From: a virus | Taxonomy: Duplodnaviria; Caudoviricetes | Direction: 5' to 3' (one strand) | DNA length: 41,215 nucleotides | Virus record (IMG/VR): IMGVR_UViG_3300037047_000153 | Coordinates: 1 to 41,215 of that record | Shown here: piece after piece, positions 26,967-35,198 of the stretch | Numbering within the stretch: position 1 is the first letter of the stretch | How the letters are laid out: every line of letters begins with the position of its first letter | Program-made: the position numbers and the translations under genes | Notes under the pieces: generated by a model | Told to the model about the DNA's origin: nothing | Databases searched by the model: none | The model's input: only the letters and a program-made list of their open reading frames with translations

Positions 26967-27497
26967 TCAGGCCCCCGCCTGGCGGCCAACGGCTTGTACA
27001 GCACCCGCCAAAGCCGGACAACCAGCAGGCCCCGGACCGATTCCCGGACTTTGCTCCAAGCCAGCCACTGGCGCGCGTGCGGGGGCCGAATTACCCGGGT
27101 GGGTTTGGGCTGGGGGAGTACCTATAGGGGGGGGTGCTACATGCTTTTCGGCTTGTGCCCCATAAGGTTGTGCTGCACAACCCCAGGGCGACGGCAAGCC
27201 GACCGAGCGGCCGGCCTCTTCGGCGTGGAAGGTGCAGCGGTTGGCGTTGCGCACCAGCCAGCGGGCGGCGGCGGCTTCGCCCTGCTCTTCCAGAACCTGA
27301 GCATGTTCGCGTCGAGCCTGTTGAGCCTTCGCCATGGCTGCGTTCACGTCGACAAACTGGCCGTCATAGGCAGCGCGGCACAGATCGATGAAGGCAGCGA
27401 CATCTGGCATGGCCTGCCTGCGTGTGGATACGCCCGCCACGGCCCCGGAATCGGGCGCTGGTGCGCCTTCTGGCTGCTGGGTGGTGGGGTTGCCCAT
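26967..27497 (-). CDS. Hypothetical protein (C-terminus may be read-through into the packaging-site region)
   Basis: AAAGGA RBS; RRQAMPDVAAFIDLCRAAY...FHAEEAGRSVG. Confidence 0.5.
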   Translation of the reverse strand: MGNPTTQQPEGAPAPDSGAVAGVSTRRQAMPDVAAFIDLCRAAYDGQFVDVNAAMAKAQQARREHAQVLEEQGEAAAARWLVRNANRCTFHAEEAGRSVGLPSPWGCAAQPYGAQAEKHVAPPPIGTPPAQTHPGNSAPARAPVAGLEQSPGIGPGPAGCPALAGAVQAVGRQAGA

Positions 27498-27532
27498 CCT
27501 GTTTCCTTTTTTCTTTCGAAGAAGAAGAGAGA

Positions 27533-27765
27533 GAGTTACGCGGTTACGCGCGCGCGTAACCGTGAAACCCGCAGCCTGCCTAGCGAGTTGCACGGTTACG
27601 CGGTTACACCCCCATGCGCACCCACATGTGTGTGCGCAGGCACGCACGCGCCCGCCTGCACGCACACACGCACATGTATAGGGGGTGCGCGTAACCGCGT
27701 AACCGCCTAACTTCCCGCGCCGTTGCTGGGTTTCGGAGTTACACCCCCGCGTAACCGCGTAACTC
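27533..27765. repeat. Putative replication origin: nested inverted GTTAC iteron doublets
   Basis: Perfect 18-bp inverted repeat 27533-50/27748-65 and 15-bp inverted repeat 27593-607/27691-705, directly downstream of the helicase gene. Confidence 0.7.
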
Positions 27766-27772
27766 GTGAATG

Positions 27773-29491
27773 TCATTCGCCCTCTCCTTCGCCGACACTT
27801 GATCCACCCGGGGACGGGGGTTTCCCATCCTTGGACCAACCGAGGTACTTGCGCAGCAGCGGTTCGAACATGTCAACGCACTCGGTGGCCCATGCCCCCT
27901 GCGTCAATGGCAGGCCTGTTTCGTCATATCGCTTGGCAATGGCGTCGTCGGGGTCAAGCACCAGGAACATGCGCTCCACCTTTTTGGCCCCCTCGCTCTC
28001 CAGCTTCATGGGCTTCACGCGGGCCGGCGGCCGTGTGTCTGTGGCCTGGTTCTCGCTGAAGCGGCACACCGTGGGCGTGAACTGCTCTCTCTTGAATGGA
28101 TACCGGTCGCCCGTGCGGGCGCACCACTTGGTGTAGGCCCGGTACACCTGCCCCATGCTGCAGGTGTAGTAGGGCAGATCCAACTCGCCATTGGCCCACT
28201 CCCACCAGAACTGTTCCGGGCTCTTGCGGTTGAGCGTGATGAGGTTAGTTTTGGCCTCGGTGAACGGCGCCGGGCTGTAGGGGTCGAAGTCATCAAGCGG
28301 ATACGCCAGCAGGTAGGCCAAGAAGGCCTCGGTGCCGCCGTTCTTGCGCCACTCCCCCAGCGCCTTATAGAACTCGAATTCCTTCGCCCTGGGCGTGTAC
28401 ACCACCAGGTAGCGCCGGTCGCTGTTGTCCAGCGCCAGCGGCTGCAGCTCGTTGGACAGGAAGACGATGTTGATGTGGTTCGCTTCCTCGCGCCGGGGCA
28501 GGTTCTTCGGGTTGATCTGCACCGTGGGCGATGTGATCAGCGCCTTGAGCCGGTTTTTGTTGTGCACCAGCTCGGCTCGGCTCGACACTTCGTCGCCCAC
28601 CACGAACAGCTTGCACGAGCGCCAGTCGTTGAACTTGTCTTCCAGCTCGTCCTGGCCGACCAGCGCGCCATACTTGCCGTAGATGCTCACCACCGTGTCG
28701 AACAGGAAGTTCTTACCCGCGCCCTCGTCGCCGTGCATGATGACCGAGGTGCGCATCTTGGCGCCCGGGTGCTGCAGCGGGTAGGCCAGCCAGCACAGCA
28801 GCCAGTGCATGATGGCGTCGCAGTCGTCGGCGTTGTCACTGGCCCGGCTCACCAGGAAGCGCACCAGGTCCAGCATCGGCGCCACATCGCCCTCCACCGG
28901 CTCCATGGCCAGGCCGTGGTACAGGTTGACGCAGCGTTCATCACATGTCTCGGTCGGGTCAAACACCACGTCGGTCGGCAGCACCGTGCGCCGGCGCTCG
29001 CTGCCCTTCCACAGCCGCACCATTTCAGACCCATGGGCGTGGCCCATGTTCGCGATCTTCATGATCATGCGCTGCGTGCCGTCCCACACCGTGTCGGTAC
29101 CGTAGATCAGCGCGAAGTGTTCGGCCAGCAAGTTGAACTTGCCCCAGTCCACCGTTTTCTCGGCCTTCCTGGGCTTGCCAGTGGCCTTGCCGTCGGAAGA
29201 TTCGCCACCGGCGCCGGGCTCTCCCCCATCCCCCGATGGTTGCGCAACTGCGCTATTTTGGGGGGAGGGGGGAGGCGTCGATGCAGCCGCGATGCCTTCC
29301 TCAACAGCCTTGCGCCAAGCCGCCGCTTCCGCCAGCGAGACAACGTTATCGTGCGGCGCTGGCGCGCCGTGGGCTGACGACGGCGAAGGCGATGCCGCAC
29401 CTGCGGCATCGAGCGCCTGCGGCGCCTGTTCGCCGCTGGCGTTGGCCGGCTGGGTGGGATCGGGTGGCGGGGGAAGCGTCGGCTCAACCAT
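27773..29491 (-). CDS. SF3/D5-like replicative helicase (DUF5906-type NTPase)
   Basis: Walker A GDEGAGKN, Walker B VVGDE, IVFLSN sensor, DRRYLV. Confidence 0.88.
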   Translation of the reverse strand: MVEPTLPPPPDPTQPANASGEQAPQALDAAGAASPSPSSAHGAPAPHDNVVSLAEAAAWRKAVEEGIAAASTPPPSPQNSAVAQPSGDGGEPGAGGESSDGKATGKPRKAEKTVDWGKFNLLAEHFALIYGTDTVWDGTQRMIMKIANMGHAHGSEMVRLWKGSERRRTVLPTDVVFDPTETCDERCVNLYHGLAMEPVEGDVAPMLDLVRFLVSRASDNADDCDAIMHWLLCWLAYPLQHPGAKMRTSVIMHGDEGAGKNFLFDTVVSIYGKYGALVGQDELEDKFNDWRSCKLFVVGDEVSSRAELVHNKNRLKALITSPTVQINPKNLPRREEANHINIVFLSNELQPLALDNSDRRYLVVYTPRAKEFEFYKALGEWRKNGGTEAFLAYLLAYPLDDFDPYSPAPFTEAKTNLITLNRKSPEQFWWEWANGELDLPYYTCSMGQVYRAYTKWCARTGDRYPFKREQFTPTVCRFSENQATDTRPPARVKPMKLESEGAKKVERMFLVLDPDDAIAKRYDETGLPLTQGAWATECVDMFEPLLRKYLGWSKDGKPPSPGGSSVGEGEGE

Positions 29492-30560
29492 ACACACGCC
29501 CCATCACGTTGATCACGCCGTCGAGCTGGCGCTGCACCACGTCCAGCCCGGCCAGCACATGCAGGTCATTGAAGTCCGTGTCTTTCTCGCCCCGATCGAG
29601 GCCGAACACCGGGTAAACGAAATCGCAGCCCGGCACCAACCGCGCCACCTTCTTGGCGGCCGTGCGGCCCGGGTTCGAGAGCGCGCCCGTGCGCTTGTCC
29701 TTCGTGCGCCAGTCGTCATCGGCGCAGATCAGAATGCGGTGGGTCGAGGGGTACAGGGCATGCAGCAGCGGAACCACGTGCGCCAGGTTGCCCGCGTCAA
29801 ACGCCACGAACACCGGCAGGCGGTGGCCCGTGGCCATGCGGATCGTCAGGCCCGTGGCATACCCCTCGCACACCAGCAGCAGATTCAAGGGCGCGCCCTC
29901 CACCTCACCCAGCCGCACACAGCAGCCCGGCTTGTCGAACCCGCGCAGGTAGATCTTCGCGCCATCGGGGCGAATGAACTGCAGCCCGCGCAAGGCCTGA
30001 TCCTTCGGGTAGTCCAGGCGCACCAGCGGCAGCACCAGCGTGCCCCCCACCAGTCGCACCACCGTGTCGTCATCGCCGGGGCGCTCGGCTGGCCAGCGCA
30101 GCACCAGCTGCTCGCGCAGCCAGCGGCAGGCCTCCGGCTTCACCCGCTTGCGCTCCAGGTACGGCGAGGCCACGCCCTCCTTCACACCCTGGCGCCAGAT
30201 CGTGATCGCCTCAGCCGCAGCGTTGGCTATCTCCGCCTGGCGCTCGGCAGCGGCCCGGGCCTGGGCGACGGCGCGGTCGGCCTGCTGGCGGGCGCGCTCG
30301 GCCTCCCCCATCGGCTTCCAGTCGATCGCCACCTTTTCAAAGCTGCCGCCGCTGCGGTAGGTGCCGAAATAGCCGGTGAGGAACACGCCGCCCGCCGTGG
30401 GGTGGAACTCGTGCAGCTTGTAAAAATCTTTGCCCCCTTGCCCGCAGGTGACCCGCTTGTCCAGCCGCTTGGGGAAAGCGCCCAGGTCCTTGTCCTTGAG
30501 CACGATGCCGAACTGCTCCATCTGAGCCAGCACCTGGTGGAAGTTCTCGTAACCCGACAT
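29484..30560 (-). CDS. TOPRIM-domain DNA primase
   Basis: SPYLERK, VCEGYATG, VAFDAGNL, CADDD and DFNDL motifs. Confidence 0.9.
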   Translation of the reverse strand: MSGYENFHQVLAQMEQFGIVLKDKDLGAFPKRLDKRVTCGQGGKDFYKLHEFHPTAGGVFLTGYFGTYRSGGSFEKVAIDWKPMGEAERARQQADRAVAQARAAAERQAEIANAAAEAITIWRQGVKEGVASPYLERKRVKPEACRWLREQLVLRWPAERPGDDDTVVRLVGGTLVLPLVRLDYPKDQALRGLQFIRPDGAKIYLRGFDKPGCCVRLGEVEGAPLNLLLVCEGYATGLTIRMATGHRLPVFVAFDAGNLAHVVPLLHALYPSTHRILICADDDWRTKDKRTGALSNPGRTAAKKVARLVPGCDFVYPVFGLDRGEKDTDFNDLHVLAGLDVVQRQLDGVINVMGRVYG

Positions 30561-30928
30561 CAGGCAACGCCCCCCGTCAACACCCGGCGCAGCGCCGCGT
30601 TCTCTTCCATCGCCAGGCGCAGGCGGCGCTCTGTCTCGCTCTCCACCCGGCGCATCGCGTGCAAGTCCCAGCCGCGCCGGTGGTTCATCCACAGCACCGG
30701 CGCGTCATTGCCGCAGCGGTCCATCACCGCCTCCAGCTTCGGCCAGTTCACACCCTCCTGCCCGCTCTGCCAGCGGCTGAACTGCGCCTTGTCCAGCTTC
30801 AGATCCGCCTGCACCTGCTTGGGCTCCAGGCCCGCCAGCTCAAGGCACAAATCAATCGACGCGCCCAGACTGGGCTTTCGGATCACCTCGGCGGGCGACA
30901 CATGTACAGGGATGCCGAGCTGGTGCAT
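30560..30928 (-). CDS. CII-like HTH regulator
   Basis: HTH EPKQVQADLKLDKAQFSRWQSG plus C-terminal coiled coil; lies between cro and the replication genes. Confidence 0.7.
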   Translation of the reverse strand: MHQLGIPVHVSPAEVIRKPSLGASIDLCLELAGLEPKQVQADLKLDKAQFSRWQSGQEGVNWPKLEAVMDRCGNDAPVLWMNHRRGWDLHAMRRVESETERRLRLAMEENAALRRVLTGGVA

Positions 30929-31018
30929 TTCAGTGCCTCTCAACTTTGTTGAGTGGTGTTGAGAGGCATGGATCGGCAAAAATTTTTGCCATGGACCAAC
31001 GCCACCAACACCCCCGGA

Positions 31019-31125
31019 ATAGAAAACCCGCCGACCGCGCACAAGGCTCTGGTGGTCAGGGAGGAAAACCCACCCTGTGCGCGGTCACCGCTGGCAGCAG
31101 CGGCACCGTGGCGGAAACTGGCGGG
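31019..31125 (-). ncRNA. Candidate structured RNA element in the cro-cII interval
   Basis: Outer stem CCCGCC/GGCGGG followed by a U-rich tail, enclosing hairpins CCGCTG/CAGCGG and GACCGCGCACA/TGTGCGCGGTC; loop contains UUUUCCUCCCU. Confidence 0.5.
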
Positions 31126-31186
31126 CCTGCCCTGCCCGGTACCATGAGCGCTCTCACACAACCCACAGCACCGAAAGGACAGACCC

Positions 31187-31414
31187 ATGAACGAAAACAC
31201 GACGCCCCAGCCCTTGCCAGCCGACGCGGAAAGCATCAACGCCATCGTCGACGCGCTCGGAGCGCTGGTGATATGCCTGGCCAAACAAATGCCCGCCGAA
31301 GCCAAAGACGCGCTCGCGAGCGACCTGGCCCGGCTGTCGGCGACAGCAACCGCAACCGGCAAAACGGCTGTTGGCAGACTCATGGGCGACCTCAGTCGAG
31401 CGGCTGCGGCGTAA
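31187..31414 (+). CDS. Small helical hypothetical protein antisense to the cro operon
   Basis: GAAAGGA RBS; 75 aa. Confidence 0.6.
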   Translation: MNENTTPQPLPADAESINAIVDALGALVICLAKQMPAEAKDALASDLARLSATATATGKTAVGRLMGDLSRAAAA

Positions 31415-31631
31415 CCACGAACGTCCTGGACTCGTGCCAGGCGTCGAACTTGCTCCAAAGTTCGTTGCGCGGGTCGATCCAGAGCTGCGCAGACAAGCGG
31501 TCAGCACCCACATCAACACCAGCAACGACCACCGAAGGGGTGGCCGAAGCTGCAGCCGCTGCGGTGCCCAACGGCAGCGACAGCAAGCCCAAGAGAACGC
31601 GACGGCGGGAGATTTCTGGCTTATGCAGCAT
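31392..31631 (-). CDS. Small protein with twin-arginine-like N-terminus
   Basis: MLHKPEISRRRVLLGLLSLPLGTAAAAASA; GAGG RBS; overlaps the cro stop. Confidence 0.45.
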   Translation of the reverse strand: MLHKPEISRRRVLLGLLSLPLGTAAAAASATPSVVVAGVDVGADRLSAQLWIDPRNELWSKFDAWHESRTFVVTPQPLD

Positions 31632-31899
31632 GTTGGGCAACCTCTGGGTATTCGGTGGGGGTGGTGGCGGCGTCATTCACGGCCAGCTCGGGCCAGATGC
31701 GGCGCCAGTCGTTGGGAAACAGCTGCTGGCGCGTCAAGGCGCCAGCGCTGAACGCCTCAATGGCAGCGCCGTGCTCAAACGGGATCGGGCGTTCGCCCGT
31801 CGCCATCTTGTTCACGAACGACGGAACCACGTGCAGGTGCTGAGCCAGCCGCAAGGACCGACCGCGCTCTGCCGCCAACCATGATTTGAGAATTTCCAT
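31621..31899 (-). CDS. cro: Cro-like repressor (YdaS family)
   Basis: LRLAQHLHVVPSFVNKMATGERPIP...AIEAFSAGALTRQQLFPNDWRRIWPEL; divergent from the repressor. Confidence 0.85.
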   Translation of the reverse strand: MEILKSWLAAERGRSLRLAQHLHVVPSFVNKMATGERPIPFEHGAAIEAFSAGALTRQQLFPNDWRRIWPELAVNDAATTPTEYPEVAQHAA

Positions 31900-31906
31900 G
31901 ACCGCT

Positions 31907-31987
31907 ATTGTATTCCCCGCCGGGGAAACATTGTCAAGACCCATCGGGGAATTTCTTTTTCCCCGCTATTCGCTTGCAATCCTTGCT
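31907..31987. promoter_or_regulatory. cro/cI divergent control region with operators
   Basis: Minus-strand TTGACA (31932-37) and TACAAT (31907-12), 19-bp spacer holding the palindrome TTCCCCGCCGGGGAA (31913-27); degenerate copies toward cI. Confidence 0.8.
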
Positions 31988-32398
31988 ATGAAAACCGTCG
32001 AGGAAACCCGTCGCGAGCGCCTCAAAATCCTGGTGGAAAGGCACGGGGGAGACAAGGATGGCATGGCGAACCTGTGCGAAGCCCTGGGCTACGCTCGGAA
32101 CAACACCGCCGGTCTCACCCGCATCCTCAACGCCAACATCCGCCACGACCGCGACGGCGAGGCCTACGAAATGGGCAGCAAAAAGGCTCGGGAGATCGAG
32201 AACACCCTCAAACTTCCCCAGGGCTGGATGGACACTCCGCCCACCTATTCCGAGCTGAACGGCTCCACAGACCCGCTCAGCAAGGCGCTAGACATCATGA
32301 CTGCCATGGAGCCGGAGGCGCGCTACCAGGCGCTCCGGTTACTTGATGCGCTTGCACAACCACCACAATCCAACGGCACCCACGGCAACAAACACTGA
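31988..32398 (+). CDS. cI: CI-like immunity repressor without a peptidase domain
   Basis: RRERLKILVE...MGSKKAREIENTLKLPQGWMD, typical of short lambdoid repressors; 136 aa, no S24 domain visible. Confidence 0.82.
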   Translation: MKTVEETRRERLKILVERHGGDKDGMANLCEALGYARNNTAGLTRILNANIRHDRDGEAYEMGSKKAREIENTLKLPQGWMDTPPTYSELNGSTDPLSKALDIMTAMEPEARYQALRLLDALAQPPQSNGTHGNKH

Positions 32399-32470
32399 CA
32401 TCGCGCCGCCGTCAGCCCGAGACAGGGAAGCCGCCAACGCGCCACAATATGGTTCAACAAGGGAGGAACC

Positions 32471-32980
32471 ATGAAATACCTGATCACAGCCGCGCTTCTA
32501 CTCACCAGCCTGCAAGCCGAAGCCATCAACAAATGCACGGGTGCAGATGGTTCAACCGTCTTTCAGGATGCCCCGTGTGTGGGCAAGGGCGGCGCCATCG
32601 ATGTACGCCCAGCTGCCGGCCACGCAAAGCCGAACGCAGCGCCACTAGACGGGGTCCAGACACAAACCGAAGCGCAGCGGATCGAGGCCAATGTGACCGC
32701 CAGCCAGAAAGAGCGCCGCCTACGGGAGTTGACGCTCAGACTGATCCCAGGTGCCGATGCAGCCGTTGAAAGAAACCTCGCCAATTGCAGGATCGAGCAG
32801 GCACGCATTGAGCGCGACCAGTTCGCCTACGTGCAGAACTTGTTCGGCAAAACCCATGCAGCCCAGAAAGCCGCCGAGCTGGCCGCCTCCACCGCCAGGT
32901 GCGACACCCAAGATCGCGATCTGCGCGCCAAAGCCGACCGCCTGAGGGACGAGTGCAAGCAGCTCGGCGGCTGCAAATAA
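32471..32980 (+). CDS. Secreted DUF4124-like protein (probable lysogenic conversion gene)
   Basis: Signal peptide then INKCTGADGSTVFQDAPC; strong AGGGAGG RBS; directly downstream of cI. Confidence 0.8.
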   Translation: MKYLITAALLLTSLQAEAINKCTGADGSTVFQDAPCVGKGGAIDVRPAAGHAKPNAAPLDGVQTQTEAQRIEANVTASQKERRLRELTLRLIPGADAAVERNLANCRIEQARIERDQFAYVQNLFGKTHAAQKAAELAASTARCDTQDRDLRAKADRLRDECKQLGGCK

Positions 32981-32999
32981 CCCCAGCAGCACCTCGCTG

Positions 33000-33022
33000 G
33001 CCGCCATTTGGCGGCTTTTTTT
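33000..33022 (+). terminator. Terminator of the cI-DUF4124 transcript
   Basis: GCCGCCA-TT-TGGCGGC followed by T7. Confidence 0.8.
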
Positions 33023-33043
33023 CGTCCGTAAAAACCGATTCAG

Positions 33044-33118
33044 ATCCCCGACGGGTCGCTTTTTTGCACAAACTTTCCCCGCCGGGTATTGACATGCATT
33101 CCCCGCCGGGGAAATAAT
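33044..33118 (+). promoter_or_regulatory. Early rightward promoter (PL analogue) with three operators
   Basis: TTGACA 33089-94 and AATAAT 33113-18. Operators TTCCCCGCCGGGGAA 33099-113, TTCCCCGCCGGGTAT 33075-89 and ATCCCCGACGGGTCG 33044-58. Confidence 0.85.
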
Positions 33119-33157
33119 CACCTCCACGCCCAACCCCGGGCGGTTCATGGAGGTCAC

Positions 33158-33460
33158 ATGGCAAAGCACCACCCACCGTTCCCGCTGCGGCCGCTCGCCG
33201 GGCAGTACATAAAGTTCATCATCCCCTATCGGCTGCTCGCTGCCGACGCGGCCATGAGCCGCATGGTCTCTCTCACGAATTCCGCTGCGAAGCGCTCCAA
33301 GACCGGCACCAGCGGCACCGAAGACGCCCTCTGGGTTGCAATGTCCGCCCTGCAAGATCGCATCATGCAAGAGGCGGCTTCTGCGCTCCGCGCTGGTGAG
33401 CTGCTGCTCTGCTGGCACGGAACAAAAGCAACCGCCATCGGGCAGGTGCATGCCGCATGA
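33158..33460 (+). CDS. Hypothetical protein, first gene of the early operon
   Basis: GGAGG RBS; MAKHHPPFPLRP..., 100 aa. Confidence 0.65.
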   Translation: MAKHHPPFPLRPLAGQYIKFIIPYRLLAADAAMSRMVSLTNSAAKRSKTGTSGTEDALWVAMSALQDRIMQEAASALRAGELLLCWHGTKATAIGQVHAA

Positions 33461-33609
33461 AGCGCATCACCATCACCGTGCGCCCCGCCGGCCTGCCCGC
33501 TTACCGCATCACCGGCCTCTTCGCCAGCACCACCGACGCCGCCCTCTTCGCTATCGACCAGCTCGGTGACCGCGGCGGCAGCATCAGCGCCAAGGTGACC
33601 AAGCCATGA
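33457..33609 (+). CDS. Hypothetical protein (50 aa, absent from the ORF track)
   Basis: MKRITITVRPAGLPAYRITGLFASTTDAALFAIDQLGDRGGSISAKVTKP; ATGA overlaps at both ends. Confidence 0.65.
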   Translation: MKRITITVRPAGLPAYRITGLFASTTDAALFAIDQLGDRGGSISAKVTKP

Positions 33610-33830
33610 GCGCCAGCGCCCACCGCTACACCTGCGACGAGCTGGGCGCCTGCCAGAGCCGCGTGAACCCCTGCGCGGGCTGCAAGCCCTTCGCCCCCGG
33701 CGCCATCACCCGCCACGTGCACCCCCAGCGCCGCGCCCTCGCGCGCTGGCTCAGGCGCACCGCCCTTCTCATGTCCCTCGCCGCCGCCGCCGTCGCGCTG
33801 GCCGGCATCGTCTACGGAGCCCTTCAATGA
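33606..33830 (+). CDS. Small Cys-motif membrane protein
   Basis: CDELGACQ...CAGC plus C-terminal TM. Confidence 0.65.
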   Translation: MSASAHRYTCDELGACQSRVNPCAGCKPFAPGAITRHVHPQRRALARWLRRTALLMSLAAAAVALAGIVYGALQ

Positions 33831-34132
33831 GCAAGCCCACCCCGGCGACCGCCCGCGCCAAGCCCATGACCACCGACCCCCTTCGCCTGGACGATGGCAT
33901 CCCCGTGCTGCGCCTGGTGCACAGCGCCCACGAGCGCCGCAGCACCGAGCCCGTGCCCTTCCAGGCCGTAGCGCCCAGCGCCACCGCGCCGCGCGCCAAG
34001 GCGCCCCGCCGACCCATGCCGCCACCACCGCCGCAACCCCGGCAGTCCCTCGCCGCGCTGGCCGTCGCCGCCACCTTCATGGCCGCCATCGTCGGCATCA
34101 TCGTCATCATCGGCCTGGCGCGCAGCGCCTGA
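33827..34132 (+). CDS. Small C-terminally anchored membrane protein
   Basis: Pro-rich segment then TM; ATGA-coupled. Confidence 0.6.
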   Translation: MSKPTPATARAKPMTTDPLRLDDGIPVLRLVHSAHERRSTEPVPFQAVAPSATAPRAKAPRRPMPPPPPQPRQSLAALAVAATFMAAIVGIIVIIGLARSA

Positions 34133-34149
34133 GCCCGCAGGAGCCCGCC

Positions 34150-34488
34150 ATGCAAGCCGCCGGCACCCTCTTCCTCAGCAAGACGCCCCCGCAGACCAGC
34201 CGCGCCGCAGACGGCTGCTTCCAGCTCATGCTGTTCGCCGTTGACCGCATCGCCACCCACCAGGTGGAGCGCTGGGTTGTCATCTACCGCGGCCCCGAAG
34301 CCGAAGCCTTCTGGGCCGCCCACAGCGACCAGCTGCAGCCCGGGCGCGGCATCAGCCTCACCAGCAACCGCGTGCGCAGCCACGTGCTGGGCCGCAGCGC
34401 CCCCGAGATCCACGCCCTGGCCAGCCAGCTGCAGCTGCTCAGCCCGCAGCCGGCCCAGCCCACCGCCACCGAGGCCGCCCACGCATGA
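34150..34488 (+). CDS. Hypothetical protein, possible SSB/PriB-like OB fold
   Basis: 112 aa; pattern G.L...P..R...DG...L.V...W.V...G..AE...L.PG..I resembles SSB. Confidence 0.45.
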   Translation: MQAAGTLFLSKTPPQTSRAADGCFQLMLFAVDRIATHQVERWVVIYRGPEAEAFWAAHSDQLQPGRGISLTSNRVRSHVLGRSAPEIHALASQLQLLSPQPAQPTATEAAHA

Positions 34489-35198
34489 GCACCCCCAAAC
34501 AAAACCACCGGCCCTGGACGCCCACCGAAGTCGACATGCTCCAGCGCGCCTACCCCGACCAGTCCACCGCCGTCGTCGCCGCCGCCCTTGGGCGCTGCAT
34601 CAAGGCCGTCTACCAGAAGGCCAAAGCCATCGGGCTGCAGAAGTCCAGCGCCTTCCTGGCCAGCGAACGCAGCGGCCGCATCCAGCGCGGCCAGCAACAC
34701 CCCAGCATGGTCGCCAGCCAGTTCAAGCCCGGGCAACAGCCCTGGAACAAAGGCACCAACTTCATCGCCGGCGGACGCAGCGCAGAAACCCGCTTCCAGA
34801 AAGGCCGCAAGCCCAGCGAAGCCCGCAACTACGCGCCCATCGGCAGCTACCGCCTCAACCACGACGGCCACCTCGAACAAAAGATGACCGACGACCCCAG
34901 CCTCGCCCCCACGCGCCGCTGGACCCCCGTCTACCGACTGGTCTGGGAGCGCGAACGCGGCCCCATTCCAGCGGGCCACATGGTCACCTTCAAGCCCGGC
35001 CAGAAGACCGCCGTGCTCGAACTCATCACCGCCGAGCGCCTGGAGTGCATCAGCCGCGCCGAAAACGCCCGCCGCAACCACCCGGTCACCAAGTCCCCCG
35101 AGCTGTTTCGCCTTTACCAGCTCAAGGGCGCCATCACCCGCCAAGTCAACCGCATCACCCATCAAGCCACCCAGCAAGCCCAGGAGCCACAGGCATGA
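34485..35198 (+). CDS. HNH-family (HNH_3-like) DNA-binding/nuclease protein
   Basis: WTPTEVDML N-terminal helix-turn-helix, FKPGQQPWNKG/RFQKG repeats, VYRLVWERERGPIPAGH...LECISRAENARRN. Confidence 0.75.
   Translation: MSTPKQNHRPWTPTEVDMLQRAYPDQSTAVVAAALGRCIKAVYQKAKAIGLQKSSAFLASERSGRIQRGQQHPSMVASQFKPGQQPWNKGTNFIAGGRSAETRFQKGRKPSEARNYAPIGSYRLNHDGHLEQKMTDDPSLAPTRRWTPVYRLVWERERGPIPAGHMVTFKPGQKTAVLELITAERLECISRAENARRNHPVTKSPELFRLYQLKGAITRQVNRITHQATQQAQEPQA

Noticed and set aside
27533-27765. CRISPR array or MITE
   Set aside because: Repeats are short, nested and inverted, with no regular spacers or target duplication; position after the helicase favours an origin.
27498-27839. N-terminal part of the 290-aa ORF as real protein
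   Set aside because: It translates the iteron repeats (YAVT units); a better RBS and ATG lie at 27497. Read-through from the coupled ATG at 27776 cannot be fully excluded.
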